Positions 15,608 to 25,892 of a DNA stretch of 35,382 bases are shown here, one piece after another; the first letter of the stretch is position 1, and each line of letters begins with the position of its first letter. The stretch comes from Hadesarchaea archaeon (GTDB taxonomy: Archaea; Hadarchaeota; Hadarchaeia; Hadarchaeales; Hadarchaeaceae). The DNA is taken from contig JACIWF010000002.1 of the NCBI GenBank assembly GCA_014361095.1, positions 1 through 35,382 of the forward strand, read 5' to 3'. The notes below the pieces were generated by a model that worked only from the letters and a program-made list of their open reading frames with translations, was not told the DNA's origin and ran no database searches. A program made the position numbers and the translations under genes.

Positions 15608-15878
15608 TTCCTTTCCTCCTTGGCTCCAACATGTCGCGCGCAACGATCGCCCATCTTATGAACGAGTTGAGCGCTGCACGCAGGGCCGCTGTGTCATCTG
15701 CATCTACCTGCAAAAATAAAGCATTTTCCCTCCGAAATATCCTCGCCCGACACCTCGCCGTGGCAGGCAACTCCTCCTCAGGTGCAAGTGCCCGTTTCAC
15801 CGTCTCGGCCTCACGGACGCTTTTGAATTCCAATCTGATCAGGGCACTGGAATTCTCAGATTTGACCACCATCATCAC
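15600..15878 (-). CDS. pcc1: KEOPS complex subunit Pcc1
   Basis: ALIRLEFKSVREAETVKRALAPE...LFLQVDADDTAALRAALNSFIRWAIVARDMLE matches the Pcc1/CTAG signature. It sits in the conserved position between Brix and prefoldin beta. Confidence 0.75.
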   Translation of the reverse strand: MMMVVKSENSSALIRLEFKSVREAETVKRALAPEEELPATARCRARIFRRENALFLQVDADDTAALRAALNSFIRWAIVARDMLEPRRKGNG

Positions 15879-16399
15879 CTTAATTTCTTAAACAACGGCC
15901 CGTAAGAAGCCACAGTTAGCACGGGGCCCAAATCCTCGGTGCTTGGCATGACTCTAAATTTTATTTCCAACCCGCCGTCTGAGGTTATAAGAATAACCGG
16001 GCCTGACTCCGGAGGTCTCTCAACGCATTCTATTTCCAGAATTCTCCCCAGCCAGCGGGCGAATTCATAAGAGGACGGATCCGCGGCATAGATTTTCATC
16101 CCGCTGGAATCGCCGATCCTGCTTTTTCTCCGGTTAATCGTCACCCCCGCAAGCCTTATCGATGCATCCAACCACCGCCAAGTTTCACCTACCTCAATAA
16201 AGCGAATTTCTCCAGGTCTGCCTGAAAAGCTGCTGACAAACATGACCCTGCCGTGACCGCGCTGCTTTGCCAGCAAGGTTGTTTTCTCAATCGTCTTGAC
16301 GCCGCGGGGGAGGTACTCGCCTCCGGGCAGAACTAGGGCCAGCTCCCTGCAGAGAATCCTGGCTAGATGACACGGCCGCCTCGATGTTGTTATCAGCAT
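15875..16399 (-). CDS. Brix-domain ribosome biogenesis protein
   Basis: N-terminus MLITTSRRP..., ~174 aa, in the conserved superoperon position. Confidence 0.8.
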   Translation of the reverse strand: MLITTSRRPCHLARILCRELALVLPGGEYLPRGVKTIEKTTLLAKQRGHGRVMFVSSFSGRPGEIRFIEVGETWRWLDASIRLAGVTINRRKSRIGDSSGMKIYAADPSSYEFARWLGRILEIECVERPPESGPVILITSDGGLEIKFRVMPSTEDLGPVLTVASYGPLFKKLR

Positions 16400-16435
16400 G
16401 GCCCCTATACTCCATGAGCCACGTGAAATATGAAA

Positions 16436-16567
16436 TTATCTGGCCTTCACTTTGCGGATGATCTCCCGGCGCGGTTTATAAAGGACCTTGGAGCCGCAAT
16501 AGGGGCAACGTGGCCTATTCTCCGGTAGCTTCTCCACCATCCTGCCGCATTCACCACATCTGTACAC
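16436..16567 (-). CDS. rpoP: DNA-directed RNA polymerase subunit P (Rpo12)
   Basis: Absent from the ORF track. Translation is MYRCGECGRMVEKLPENRPRCPYCGSKVLYKPRREIIRKVKAR (43 aa, CxxC...CxxC zinc ribbon). The GTG start overlaps the eL43 stop by 1 nt. The position after rpl37ae is canonical. Confidence 0.8.
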   Translation of the reverse strand: MYRCGECGRMVEKLPENRPRCPYCGSKVLYKPRREIIRKVKAR

Positions 16568-16824
16568 TAAGCTCCCTCCTTCGGCGCCCGTTCAACCGCC
16601 ACCGCCGCGGCCTTTGGAGTATAGGCTCCACCGGCAAACTTAACCCCACAGCGCCGGCACTGCCAGATCGCTGAGCCCGTCCTTCTGACCTTCATCGCCC
16701 CGCATTTTGGGCACTTGTATTCCTGCTTCAGCTTCTTCTCAACCTCAACCACGAGCTTTCTGACCTTCGTGCCGTAGCGTGGGCCGAACCTGCCAGCAGA
16801 TCCAATTTTCTTGGTTCGAGGCAT
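16567..16824 (-). CDS. rpl37ae: 50S ribosomal protein L37Ae (eL43)
   Basis: GRFGPRYG...CPKCG...WQCRRCG...FAGGAY. Confidence 0.95.
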   Translation of the reverse strand: MPRTKKIGSAGRFGPRYGTKVRKLVVEVEKKLKQEYKCPKCGAMKVRRTGSAIWQCRRCGVKFAGGAYTPKAAAVAVERAPKEGA

Positions 16825-16828
16825 TTGT

Positions 16829-17593
16829 TCACCTCAGCTTCTCCCTCAGCTCCATCGCCTTGGAGCTGGCCAGATCATAGGCCTGTTCTAGCTCCTCGCG
16901 GGTAAAGTATCCTCTGCCGCCCTTTTGGATGGCGCAGATACTGCCGTCCTCAATCGTGGTTATCGTCAGCCTAGCGTCCATAACTCTCTCCTCATCCAGA
17001 CAGGGGTCGACTACCAGCCTGTCGTCTATCTTGGCCACAGTAACCGCCACCGGCAGCTTGGAGAGGGGAAACTCGGGTAGCTTCCAATCCTCGTCTTTTG
17101 GCGGTTTCACATCGGTCAAGGCAGCTATGGAGGCAAGGGCAGCAGCATCGATGAGGCCGCCATCGTGATCAAGAACATCGATATCGATGAATACCGACCA
17201 GACATCTTCACCGGATTTTATTCCCAGCTTGTCCAAGTCAATGGCATCGGATTCTCTAATGCCGCGGTCTATCACTCGCGCTAGTTCGATTGCCTCCACG
17301 CGCGGTGGGCCGGGCTCGAAGGTGGGCGAGGCCAGCGGCAGCAGCTCCGCGTTCACGATCAAAACTCCGCTTTCCGGAGTGTCCGGAAAAGGCTCCGCAT
17401 GCATCAGTTTAACACCGACGAGGACCTGGGTCTTGCCCAGCTTAACTTTCGCCGATCCGTTGGCCGTCTTTATCAGGCCCTTTTCGACCACTGCCTCTCT
17501 CATTTGGTCCAAAGCACGGCCATCAACGCGCTTGCCCTGCTTCACCAAGTCGATTATATAGTCCCTCTTGACGCAGGAAATTATTTCGTCCAT
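16829..17593 (-). CDS. rrp42: Exosome complex component Rrp42
   Basis: RNase PH-like fold ([10 protein letters not shown]..., [19 protein letters not shown]); gene order rrp4-rrp41-rrp42. Confidence 0.9.
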   Translation of the reverse strand: MDEIISCVKRDYIIDLVKQGKRVDGRALDQMREAVVEKGLIKTANGSAKVKLGKTQVLVGVKLMHAEPFPDTPESGVLIVNAELLPLASPTFEPGPPRVEAIELARVIDRGIRESDAIDLDKLGIKSGEDVWSVFIDIDVLDHDGGLIDAAALASIAALTDVKPPKDEDWKLPEFPLSKLPVAVTVAKIDDRLVVDPCLDEERVMDARLTITTIEDGSICAIQKGGRGYFTREELEQAYDLASSKAMELREKLR

Positions 17594-17595
17594 GG

Positions 17596-18318
17596 CTACT
17601 CACCCTCCTTAATAGCATATTTCTCCTTTAGTGCCTGACGCTGCACCTCATAGATCTTCTCACAACCCTTGAAGGCCAGGTCCAGTGCCTGTTTGAACTC
17701 CTCCTTGGTGAAATGTCCGTCCATCTGCAGAAGAGTTACTACCTTCTTGCGAGGTATGATCGCCACCGGCATGTCTGTGGTTCCAAACTGATCCTCTTCC
17801 TTCATGAGGTCGAGGATGATGGTGCCATCAATTTTACCCACAGCCACCGAAGAAACCAGATCCCTCATCGGCACGCCGGCATCGGCTAGCGCCACCGCAG
17901 CCGCGTTAATTCCGGCCGTCCTGGTCCCCGCATCCGCCTGCAGCACTTCAATGAAAACATCGATCACTGATCTCGGATAAAGCTCAAGAAAGAGCACGGG
18001 CTCCAGTGCTTCCCGGGTAACCTTCGAGATCTCCATCGACCTCCGGTCAGGTCCCGGCCTCTTTCGATCCTCGACCGAGAAAGGTGCCATGCTGTACCTA
18101 CAGCGCAACACCGCTGAGTCCGGCTGCTGATCATGTCTCGGGTGCATCTCCCTTGGCCCGTAGACTGCGGCAAACACTTTGTTGTTTCCGAGCTCGACGT
18201 AGGCTGAACCGTCGGCCCGCTCAAGAACTCCTGCTTTTATTTTCAGCGGCCTGAGCTCATCAGGTGCTCGGCCGTCTAGCCTTTTTCCATCAATCAACAA
18301 TTTTTCCGGTTTTTCCAT
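17596..18318 (-). CDS. rrp41: Exosome complex exonuclease Rrp41
   Basis: [36 protein letters not shown]..., [10 protein letters not shown]. Confidence 0.9.
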   Translation of the reverse strand: MEKPEKLLIDGKRLDGRAPDELRPLKIKAGVLERADGSAYVELGNNKVFAAVYGPREMHPRHDQQPDSAVLRCRYSMAPFSVEDRKRPGPDRRSMEISKVTREALEPVLFLELYPRSVIDVFIEVLQADAGTRTAGINAAAVALADAGVPMRDLVSSVAVGKIDGTIILDLMKEEDQFGTTDMPVAIIPRKKVVTLLQMDGHFTKEEFKQALDLAFKGCEKIYEVQRQALKEKYAIKEGE

Positions 18319-19014
18319 TCAAATTCCTCCTTCCCTTTGTTTCTCAAGCATGAGCGACACCCGGTCGGTAAGACCGGAGGTGTGCGCCTCGCGCTCGATC
18401 ATGAGTATAGCCTCCACGGCCAGATTAACCCTCTCTGGGTCTTTTCCCCAGATTATTATCCTTCCGTTCTGACCCACGGCAAGGGTACAGCCCGTCTTGG
18501 ACTCGATCACTTTAAGCATCGACCCCTTACGGCCCAAAACCCGTGGTATCTTCGCCGGCGATATCTCCACCAATTTACCGCCCTTAATCTTCCCCATCCC
18601 CCGCCCGGGAGTTTCCAGCAATACCCTCATGTATTCATCCACCTCTTTAACCGAGGCGAGCACCACGTCACCGATGCTAAGGAACTTGCTTATGTCCTCC
18701 TTGTTAAGGTCAACCTTCCTATGAACCAGCTCGGAAACAAAAAGATTGGCCGTGTACGGTGAATTGATATCAAGGATCCAACCTGAGGAGTGGTTGTCGA
18801 TGACCACACCGATAACGAGATCGCCGACATGTGGAATATATCGCCCCTGTAGCGGTATCACCCTGACCCTGTCCCCCTTAACATCGGCCAGCCCCACCAC
18901 GGCGGAGTAAATTTTATTGCCCTCGCGATACGATCCCTCCAGATGCCGGTAATTTCCCTCCGCAATCAGCTGCCCGGGAACAACTATCTCCCTATTCTGG
19001 ACGTGAATCATCAC
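18319..19014 (-). CDS. rrp4: Exosome complex RNA-binding protein Rrp4 (S1 + KH)
   Basis: VVPGQLIAEG..., GDLVIGVV (S1) and RVLGRKGSMLKVIESKTGCTLAVGQNGRI (KH). Confidence 0.9.
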   Translation of the reverse strand: MMIHVQNREIVVPGQLIAEGNYRHLEGSYREGNKIYSAVVGLADVKGDRVRVIPLQGRYIPHVGDLVIGVVIDNHSSGWILDINSPYTANLFVSELVHRKVDLNKEDISKFLSIGDVVLASVKEVDEYMRVLLETPGRGMGKIKGGKLVEISPAKIPRVLGRKGSMLKVIESKTGCTLAVGQNGRIIIWGKDPERVNLAVEAILMIEREAHTSGLTDRVSLMLEKQREGGI

Positions 19015-19703
19015 AACACCTTTGTCTCGACCTCTCCTCTGGTCAAATCGTTAAGTTTGTCGAAAAACTCACCCTGCACTCCGGCGGGTATCTCCACGAC
19101 CACCGCCCATGAGCCGTCATTGAGCCACTGCTCCTGCTTCACCGTCCCAAAGTCCCTAACCGTGCGTTGAACCTTACCCACATAGCTCGCTGGGATTTTT
19201 ATCGCTATTCTCCTAGTTTCAAATTTAAGCGGCAATATCGGGGTCAGTGCTTTCACTATCTTTGGAATCTGCTCCTCGGCACTCTTGTATTCATCTATGT
19301 GAACCCTGGCCTCGTTTATCGCTGCCTCAATCCTCGCCGGTGGATGTGGCAAACCCGTCTGTGGATTTACCGCTCGCCGGGCAATTGTGGCTACCACCTG
19401 CTTCAGCCTCTGCTCACGCATGCGGCGCCTCTGCTCCGTGGTGACCTGAACCTCGCCTTTTTTCACGATCTGCTCAGCAACTTTGAAGACGTCTGTGGTC
19501 CCGAACACCTTTCTGATCATCTCCTCCGAGGCCACATCGCCCCTTTTCGAGTCCTTGAAGATTTTATCGCTTGCCAGCAGGCTGCGCATATCCACACTTC
19601 CACCCATCCTGAGGCTCAGCGCCAGCTCCGGGTCAACCAGCACCTCAAAAGTCGTCCCGTGGCTGGACAACCTAGCAACAACAGCGTCCTCTAACTTGAC
19701 CAT
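19011..19703 (-). CDS. Ribosome maturation protein SBDS/Sdo1
   Basis: VVARLSSHGTTFEVLVDPE..., IFKDSKRGDVASEE..., canonical superoperon position. 4-nt overlap with rrp4. Confidence 0.9.
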   Translation of the reverse strand: MVKLEDAVVARLSSHGTTFEVLVDPELALSLRMGGSVDMRSLLASDKIFKDSKRGDVASEEMIRKVFGTTDVFKVAEQIVKKGEVQVTTEQRRRMREQRLKQVVATIARRAVNPQTGLPHPPARIEAAINEARVHIDEYKSAEEQIPKIVKALTPILPLKFETRRIAIKIPASYVGKVQRTVRDFGTVKQEQWLNDGSWAVVVEIPAGVQGEFFDKLNDLTRGEVETKVL

Positions 19704-19709
19704 GATCCG

Positions 19710-20462
19710 CTACTCCTTCGCGGATTTGGTCTGCGGTTTCGGGCCCAACTTCTTTATATATTTGGCGATTTCCTCGTTGCTCAGCTTCTCAAAGCGCCCT
19801 GTCTTTACGGGGATGACTGCCATCTCAACATTCTCCTCGGTAAAATCGCCCTCAACCACCTGCCGCAGCGCTTCCAAGGCGAGGAGAATAGCATCCTCAA
19901 GCGAAAGCTTCTCATCATATCTCTTCTCAAAGAAGTCGGTCACTGTCTGAGCTCCACCGCCAATCGCCTGACACTTGTAAGCTGCCACGACCCCACTGGG
20001 ATCCGTCTCAAACAGACTGGGTCTTTTGCCATCAACTCCGGCGATTAGAAGCCTGGCGCCGAAGGGCCTAACACCCCCGTGCTGTGTGTAAAGCTGCTTG
20101 GTGTCTCCAATGCGCTTGGCGAGGGCCTCCACGCTTATCGCCTCGTCATAGCGCAAACGGTTGATCTGGGCTTCTATGCGCGCGTGATCGATCAACACGC
20201 GGGCATCTGCAATCAAACCTGATGCTGCAGCGCCGATATGCTCGTCCACTTGAAAGATCTTTTCGATCGAAGTTTCTTCTACTAGTCTGCTCCGAACCCT
20301 TTTCTCCGCAGCCAAAATCACGCCTTCATTTACCTTGATTCCCAGTGCCGTCAGTCCGCGCTTGACGGCCTCTTGGGCATATTGAACTTGGAATAGTTTA
20401 CCATCTGGGCTGAAGACAGTTATTGCCCTGTCATAACCTGCCCCAGGTGGTACAAACGCCAT
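19710..20462 (-). CDS. psmA: Proteasome subunit alpha
   Basis: GYDRAITVFSPDGKLFQVQYAQEAVKRG signature. The ATG at 20462 (MAFVPPG...) is preferred over the TTG at 20471. Confidence 0.95.
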   Translation of the reverse strand: MAFVPPGAGYDRAITVFSPDGKLFQVQYAQEAVKRGLTALGIKVNEGVILAAEKRVRSRLVEETSIEKIFQVDEHIGAAASGLIADARVLIDHARIEAQINRLRYDEAISVEALAKRIGDTKQLYTQHGGVRPFGARLLIAGVDGKRPSLFETDPSGVVAAYKCQAIGGGAQTVTDFFEKRYDEKLSLEDAILLALEALRQVVEGDFTEENVEMAVIPVKTGRFEKLSNEEIAKYIKKLGPKPQTKSAKE

Positions 20463-20547
20463 ATGGATCAACCTTTAAACCTGCAATCATGATTCAATAA
20501 CTGTAAGTTACAGGCATATTTAACATTAGCGGCAGCGGGCAATTTTT

Positions 20548-20832
20548 CTAAGACAATCCAAATTTCCTTTTTGCAGCCCTAATCGTGCCCGAGACCCCAA
20601 GAATTTTTATTGGAAATCTGCTCTCAGCTATCTTTTTTCTAAGGTCATCCAACAGATAATGACAGCAGAAGAGAATTCCCCTCCCTGATTCTGCGTCGTA
20701 AGCAATCAACCTGATGCTGCCTGGATCTGCTCTTAGCTCCTTACAGATGGCGGCTGCAGCCCCACTGATATTCAGATCGCTCTCAACTTCAAAGACCACG
20801 TATCTTCGCCTGCATTTCATGATTTCACTCAA
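20548..20832 (-). CDS. rnp2: RNase P protein component 2 (Pop5/Rpp14 family)
   Basis: RRRYVVFEVESD... N-terminal signature, immediately upstream of psmA as in other archaea. Shorter than typical (94 aa). Confidence 0.65.
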   Translation of the reverse strand: MSEIMKCRRRYVVFEVESDLNISGAAAAICKELRADPGSIRLIAYDAESGRGILFCCHYLLDDLRKKIAESRFPIKILGVSGTIRAAKRKFGLS

Positions 20833-21268
20833 CTTTCAGAAAGTCCATCACCTTGGCCGCGGCAATCTCCCGTTTAGCCGGAAATGCGATAACCTTGAGC
20901 TTCAGGTGAACTGAATCGCCCGTCTCGGTGAGAACCAGCTTGCCATCGAGCGCTGCTTGTTTGTCAAATCTGAGGTAAAGAAAACATGATTCATCCATCC
21001 TTTCCCGAACTAACTTTCGAAGTTCGGAAATCGTCGCTTCGTCCATCCTCGACAAAAGAGTTCGCCAGAATTCCTTAAGTTCATTTTTCTGGTCAATCCT
21101 AGACTCAAAAACTACGATGGGATTGCCGTGATGCCCCTGCATACATGATCTGTGTACCTCAACTGATGGAGGTACAAAACTCCTGATTATTTCCAGAAGC
21201 TTCTGCTCATCTTCAGTAGCATGCGCATGCAGACTTACCACGGCACTGCCGAAGGGGAACTCCATCAA
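20825..21268 (-). CDS. DUF54/UPF0201 RNA-binding protein (the predicted exosome-associated subunit of the superoperon)
   Basis: VSLHAHATEDEQKLLEIIRSFVP... pattern (xHxTED), ~147 aa, superoperon context. Confidence 0.6.
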   Translation of the reverse strand: MMEFPFGSAVVSLHAHATEDEQKLLEIIRSFVPPSVEVHRSCMQGHHGNPIVVFESRIDQKNELKEFWRTLLSRMDEATISELRKLVRERMDESCFLYLRFDKQAALDGKLVLTETGDSVHLKLKVIAFPAKREIAAAKVMDFLKVE

Positions 21269-21269
21269 C

Positions 21270-21809
21270 TCACTTTATTCTCTTCCGAGCTCTGACACTC
21301 GGTCTCATCCGCTCCGCGCCCTTGCCCTTTTTGGTCAGGCCACGGGACTTCTTCCCGGCATGCGTTAGGCCTCTGTAGACACGACCTCGATGCTGCTTGG
21401 CTGCTATCCATCCCAGCTGAGAATCACTCCTGATAGCTGGGTGATGGGGGTCCAGCATTATGACCTCATAGTATTTATAGGTGCCATCCTCCGCAACCTG
21501 GTAGGAGTTGAGCACCTCAAGGTTGGGATACTTTCTCGCCGCCCTCTCTTCGGCGATAAGCTGAATGCTCTTCTTAGGAACTATCTTTAAAACACCCATG
21601 CGCTTTGGCCTTCTGCCCCGCGATGGTCTTTCCTTCCTTCTGCCTCCCCGCCTGACCCTAACCCTAACCACGACGACCCCCTGCTTGGCCTTGTAGCCAA
21701 GTGATCTGGCCCGTTTAGGATTGGTCGGTCCCTCAATGCGCTGGACGGCGGGGGCCTTGCGCCATTCGGTCAGACGGCTTCTCAACGGTTCTGCCTGTAC
21801 TGTAGCCAA
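21270..21809 (-). CDS. rpl15e: 50S ribosomal protein L15e (eL15)
   Basis: [24 protein letters not shown]..., [43 protein letters not shown] start preceded by GGTGGTG. The N-terminus is somewhat shorter than usual. Confidence 0.95.
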   Translation of the reverse strand: MATVQAEPLRSRLTEWRKAPAVQRIEGPTNPKRARSLGYKAKQGVVVVRVRVRRGGRRKERPSRGRRPKRMGVLKIVPKKSIQLIAEERAARKYPNLEVLNSYQVAEDGTYKYYEVIMLDPHHPAIRSDSQLGWIAAKQHRGRVYRGLTHAGKKSRGLTKKGKGAERMRPSVRARKRIK

Positions 21810-21825
21810 ACTTACACCACCGAGA

Positions 21826-22734
21826 TTACGTTATAGCTTCCTTTATCTTCTCCGATATAAGGATGGCTGCTTCCCTCTGGGCCTCATGAGTCGAGGCACC
21901 GATGTGCGGTGTCAGAATCACGTTCGGCAGCTTTAACAATGGGCTGTCAACCGGGGGCTCATGGGAAAAAACATCAAGGCATGCACCCGCAATTTTGCCG
22001 CTGCTCAGGGCCTCAACCAACGCGGTCTCATCAACGATTTCTCCCCGGGAAGTGTTGATCAGGACGGCGGTTGGCTTCATCAAACTGAGTTCCCTTTTTC
22101 CGATTAGGTGTCTGGTTTCCGGCGTCAGAGGCAAATGGATGGTCAAGTAATCCGATTGTTTAAGAATAGTATCTAAATCAACGTATTCACAGCCCGTCCT
22201 AGCGACAAATTCCGGATAGATCACGCAATCCTGGGCAACTATCTTCATGCCAAAGGCCATCGCAAGGGCACCGACTCTCTGCCCGATTTTGCCCGTTCCC
22301 ACGATGCCTAAGGTCTTTCCACGCAGTTCCGTACCCATCAACTCCGATTTCAGCCATTTTCCCTGCTTCATGCTGGAATCGGCTTGGGGTAAACGTCTGG
22401 CCCAAGCCAGCATTAAACCCATCACCAGCTCGGCTACGGCCTCTGTCGGAGCCTCTGGGGTGTTCAGAACCTTTATTCCCTTGGCCCTGGCCGCCTCAAC
22501 ATCGATGTTATCGATGCCCGCTCCGGCCCTACCAATTATGCGGAGATTTTTGCCTGCCTCGATGACCTCTCTCGTCACCTTGGTCGCACTTCTAACGACT
22601 AAGACTTCGTAATCCTTGATGCGCTCGATGAGCTCTGAGTGCTTAATCCCAAAGGCGAGGTGCACATTGGCCACTTCCTTAAGCCGCCTGATGCCCTCCT
22701 CATCTATCTTATCCGTAACCAAAATATTCACCAT
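21826..22734 (-). CDS. D-isomer-specific 2-hydroxyacid dehydrogenase, likely short-form D-3-phosphoglycerate dehydrogenase (no ACT domain)
   Basis: [16 protein letters not shown]-binding motif and LTPHIGAST; 302 aa. Confidence 0.75.
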   Translation of the reverse strand: MVNILVTDKIDEEGIRRLKEVANVHLAFGIKHSELIERIKDYEVLVVRSATKVTREVIEAGKNLRIIGRAGAGIDNIDVEAARAKGIKVLNTPEAPTEAVAELVMGLMLAWARRLPQADSSMKQGKWLKSELMGTELRGKTLGIVGTGKIGQRVGALAMAFGMKIVAQDCVIYPEFVARTGCEYVDLDTILKQSDYLTIHLPLTPETRHLIGKRELSLMKPTAVLINTSRGEIVDETALVEALSSGKIAGACLDVFSHEPPVDSPLLKLPNVILTPHIGASTHEAQREAAILISEKIKEAIT

Positions 22735-22796
22735 TTTACCACACCATCCTAACTAAACGTTGTCTAATTTATAGCCGTTGCATATAAAATCTAAGG

Positions 22797-23999
22797 TCAG
22801 CGCCCCAGAGTAGAAACTATCTTGATGATATCTCCATCATTCAGCTGATAGTTCTCCCCAAGCCTACGTTTCGTCCTAACATCGATGGCATATAGAAAGG
22901 ACTCGCCTAAATCCGTGTGAATTGTGTAGGCAAACTCCCTTACGGTGGTTCCTTGGCGAACAAGAAAAGCATCGGGCAGAACGTTGCCGTTTTTGTCGGT
23001 TAGCTTTTGCTCATCATCAACGGGATAAACTACTATCAGTTTCAGGAGTTCATAAACTGCCTTGTCGACCACCTGCTGCACACCTGTCGAACCGAACTTT
23101 TTCAATAACGCCGATATTTTTTCCAGCGCCATCTTTTGTTGTTCGTTTAATAGTTCCGGCTTTAACAACCTGAACTCTGGATCTCCCGGAACGTATTCAA
23201 CTATGCCCCTTTCCGCTGCTCGCCTCAAGATCAACTCGGCCTCTGAGCAAGTTGGCACCACGATATAGCCGCGCTTACTCAACCGATCGATGTTCTCTTC
23301 TGCGGTTGGAACGTCGGATTTATTTGCCGCGATTATTATTGGCTTGCTGACCTTCCGCAACTCGGCCACAAACCTGAGCAGATCATCGGCGGTCCATTTT
23401 TCTGGATTAGAGTGGTCAACGGATGCTAGTTTGAAGGCCTCAGCAACATGGCTGAGCTTTATTCCTAACCCGCTGAGGCGCCCCGCTATCTCCTTCACCA
23501 GATCCAGCCTTTCATACTTAGCCCGGCGCGCAAATTTCGGCCAGTCCTTGGAAAGCAGCCCCCTGATCCACATGGCAATCTCAACCTCAAGAAAATCTAT
23601 GTCCTTTAGCGGATCGTGAGTGCCGGGAGGACAGGGTCTTCCTTCGGCATCGGTTGCCCCGGAAGCATCAATTATGTGAATCAGGGCCGCGGCCATACGT
23701 AGATTGTCCAAAAATCTATTCCCCAGCCCCCTCCCCATATGCGCGCCTTCAACTAGACCGGCCACGTCTATGACCCTTACCGGAACATGGCGAACCCCGT
23801 TGATACACCGAGAGTTCTGCGGATTGCAGGTCAAGTTGAACTCTCGACAGGGGCATTTGCTTCTAACATAGGTGACGCCCACGTTTGCATCAATCGTGGT
23901 GAAGGGATATCCGGCCACTGGAGCATTAGCTAAAGTTAAAGCATTGAAAAATGTCGTCTTTCCTGTGTTGGGTTTGCCGACCAGTCCCAGCTCAAGCAC
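22797..23999 (-). CDS. YchF/OLA1-like P-loop GTPase/ATPase with C-terminal TGS domain
   Basis: GLVGKPNTGKTTFFNALT (G1), VIDVAGLVEGAH, AANKSD (G4), C-terminal TGS-like TVREFAYTIHTDLGESFLYAIDVRTKRRLGENYQLNDGDIIKI. Confidence 0.85.
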   Translation of the reverse strand: MLELGLVGKPNTGKTTFFNALTLANAPVAGYPFTTIDANVGVTYVRSKCPCREFNLTCNPQNSRCINGVRHVPVRVIDVAGLVEGAHMGRGLGNRFLDNLRMAAALIHIIDASGATDAEGRPCPPGTHDPLKDIDFLEVEIAMWIRGLLSKDWPKFARRAKYERLDLVKEIAGRLSGLGIKLSHVAEAFKLASVDHSNPEKWTADDLLRFVAELRKVSKPIIIAANKSDVPTAEENIDRLSKRGYIVVPTCSEAELILRRAAERGIVEYVPGDPEFRLLKPELLNEQQKMALEKISALLKKFGSTGVQQVVDKAVYELLKLIVVYPVDDEQKLTDKNGNVLPDAFLVRQGTTVREFAYTIHTDLGESFLYAIDVRTKRRLGENYQLNDGDIIKIVSTLGR

Positions 24000-24001
24000 A
24001 A

Positions 24002-24343
24002 TTAACCCTTCGCAACTCGATCATAATAGCCCGGATCCTTGTGGCTACCAAAGCTATTCAATCCACGCTCCACCAGTTGCCTTCGGAGCTTTTTAGCATA
24101 ATCCACATCTATCTCATTTCTGCCCTCAAGATAATTTATTATCTCTAGCGCCTGTTCCTCGGTAGAGCATCTGCGGATGAAATCCACTGCCGTCGGTGTG
24201 AACCCGTATCCTGAAGATGCTGCTCTCTCGCCCTCGTCAACCGTGCTTCTGACGGCGTTTATCCTGATCCCCCCTTTCCCTCCAAGCTCCCGGGCCAGGT
24301 TCGGATATTTCTTCCTAAACTCTTCCTCAGAATATTCGCCCAT
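24002..24343 (-). CDS. Conserved archaeal hypothetical protein (DUF2095-like)
   Basis: 113 aa; KYPNLARELG..., PTAVDFIRRCSTEEQALEIINYLEGRNEI..., FGSHKDPGYY. Tightly packed between YchF and the GlmU-like gene. The family name is recalled, not verified. Confidence 0.45.
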   Translation of the reverse strand: MGEYSEEEFRKKYPNLARELGGKGGIRINAVRSTVDEGERAASSGYGFTPTAVDFIRRCSTEEQALEIINYLEGRNEIDVDYAKKLRRQLVERGLNSFGSHKDPGYYDRVAKG

Positions 24344-24344
24344 T

Positions 24345-25637
24345 TTACCACCCTGTCTTTCTGGGCCACTTATGTCTCTTGATCACCGGCTCGGCTATCA
24401 CTAGTGTGTTTGGTTGAACGTCCGTGTAAACAACCGCCCCCGGACCAACCGCAGCATTTGGACCAATCTTAACCCCAGGATTGATCATGCAATTAACTCC
24501 GGTTTTGACATCGTCCCCAATCACCGTTCCGAGCTTTTTCCTTCCCGTGTTGACGATTCTTCCGCTAACCTTCATCTTCACCGCGCTCTCATCCAGACGC
24601 AGATTGGCGATGGTAGTGCCGGCCCCTAGGTTGCATCTGCTGCCGATGATGCTGTCACCGACGTAGGAAAGATGTGCCACATGGGTGTGATCCATGATGA
24701 TGCTGTTCTTTATCTCAACTCCATTGCCAATCCTGACGTGGTCACCAACGCTAGTGGAAGGGCGGATGAAGCAATTCGGCCCGATATCGCAGTTTTTGCC
24801 AATGTAGGTCGGGCCTTCGATGTAGGAACCGGACCTGATTCTCGTGCCCTCACCCACATACACATTCGGCTCAATGTAAACTCCATGTTCGATCTTGCCG
24901 TGAATCTCCCCTTTCAGGTTCCTGAGGAAGTATTCGTTAGCCAAAAGCAGGTCCCAAGGTCTGCCGATGTCGGCCCAGAGCTCCAGCGGGAAGGTGTACA
25001 CGCCGCCGCCCTCATCTATCATCATTTTAATCGAAGTGGTAATTTCATACTCGCCTCGCTTTGATTTCTTCGTCCTCCTGATGGCGTCAAAAATTATGGG
25101 ATCAAAGAGGTATATGCCTGCGTTAGCCAATCTGCTCTTAACCCGCTTGGGCTTTTCAACTATATCCACTACCTTGTCACCATCGGCAAAAACGATGCCG
25201 AACTGAGCTGGATCCTCAACCTCGATGATACCCATTAGGCAGGAAAAGTTTTTACCTTCACCCAACTGTCGGTAACGGACGATGAAATTATTTAAAGACT
25301 CCTGATCCACCAAAGTATCCCCGTTCATGACCAAAAAGCGCTCCCCGCCCACGAAATCCTCAGCCAGCGAGACAGCATTGGCGGTTCCTAAGAGTTCCTT
25401 CTGATGCAAATATTCCACACGGACTCCAAAGCCCGAGCCATCACCATACCGTTCCATTATCTGGTCCTTGCCGAAGCCGACAACCATCGCGATGCTACCG
25501 ACGCCGGCGTTGCGGAGAAGGGATACCACATGGTCGAGAGCAGGCTTGCCCGCCACCGGTAGAAGGAACTTGGGTTTGGTGAACGTCAACGGTCTCATCC
25601 TAGTGCCTAAGCCCGCCGCCAGGATAACTGCCTTCAT
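24345..25637 (-). CDS. Bifunctional sugar-1-phosphate nucleotidylyltransferase / left-handed beta-helix acetyltransferase (archaeal GlmU-like)
   Basis: MKAVILAAGLGTRMRPLTFTKPKFLLPV (NTP-transferase G-loop), followed by long hexapeptide repeats in the C-terminal half. The start is set at the ATG at 25637. The 59-codon upstream extension in the track lies opposite another open frame. Confidence 0.85.
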   Translation of the reverse strand: MKAVILAAGLGTRMRPLTFTKPKFLLPVAGKPALDHVVSLLRNAGVGSIAMVVGFGKDQIMERYGDGSGFGVRVEYLHQKELLGTANAVSLAEDFVGGERFLVMNGDTLVDQESLNNFIVRYRQLGEGKNFSCLMGIIEVEDPAQFGIVFADGDKVVDIVEKPKRVKSRLANAGIYLFDPIIFDAIRRTKKSKRGEYEITTSIKMMIDEGGGVYTFPLELWADIGRPWDLLLANEYFLRNLKGEIHGKIEHGVYIEPNVYVGEGTRIRSGSYIEGPTYIGKNCDIGPNCFIRPSTSVGDHVRIGNGVEIKNSIIMDHTHVAHLSYVGDSIIGSRCNLGAGTTIANLRLDESAVKMKVSGRIVNTGRKKLGTVIGDDVKTGVNCMINPGVKIGPNAAVGPGAVVYTDVQPNTLVIAEPVIKRHKWPRKTGW

Positions 25638-25892
25638 CTTTATCATCATTATTGTTGCAGCGGTGGCTAATAAAACGTAGAGAGGGATAAAAAAGTCCGG
25701 GATAAATGCCATTTCTTCCCTTATAAACAACCTGCCATTAAAGGAAGGGCGGGTAACCTGAAGCTCGTCCATTACCAGACCCTCGAGGCTGTTACTCCCG
25801 ACGAGCTGAGGCAACTGATCAGGATAAAGGAGAAGTTCAACGAAAACAGAAATTACTGGGAACGCATCAAGCTCTGGCGAAAATCGGACATC

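Noticed and set aside
25638-25814. 59-codon N-terminal extension of the GlmU-like ORF (TTG start at 25814), including a hydrophobic stretch that could be a TM anchor
   Set aside because: The canonical NTP-transferase N-terminus MKAVILAAG begins at the ATG at 25637. The extension starts with TTG, reads poorly (MPQLVGSNSLEG...), and lies opposite a more protein-like frame. I treat it as an artefact, though a membrane-anchored isoform is not excluded.
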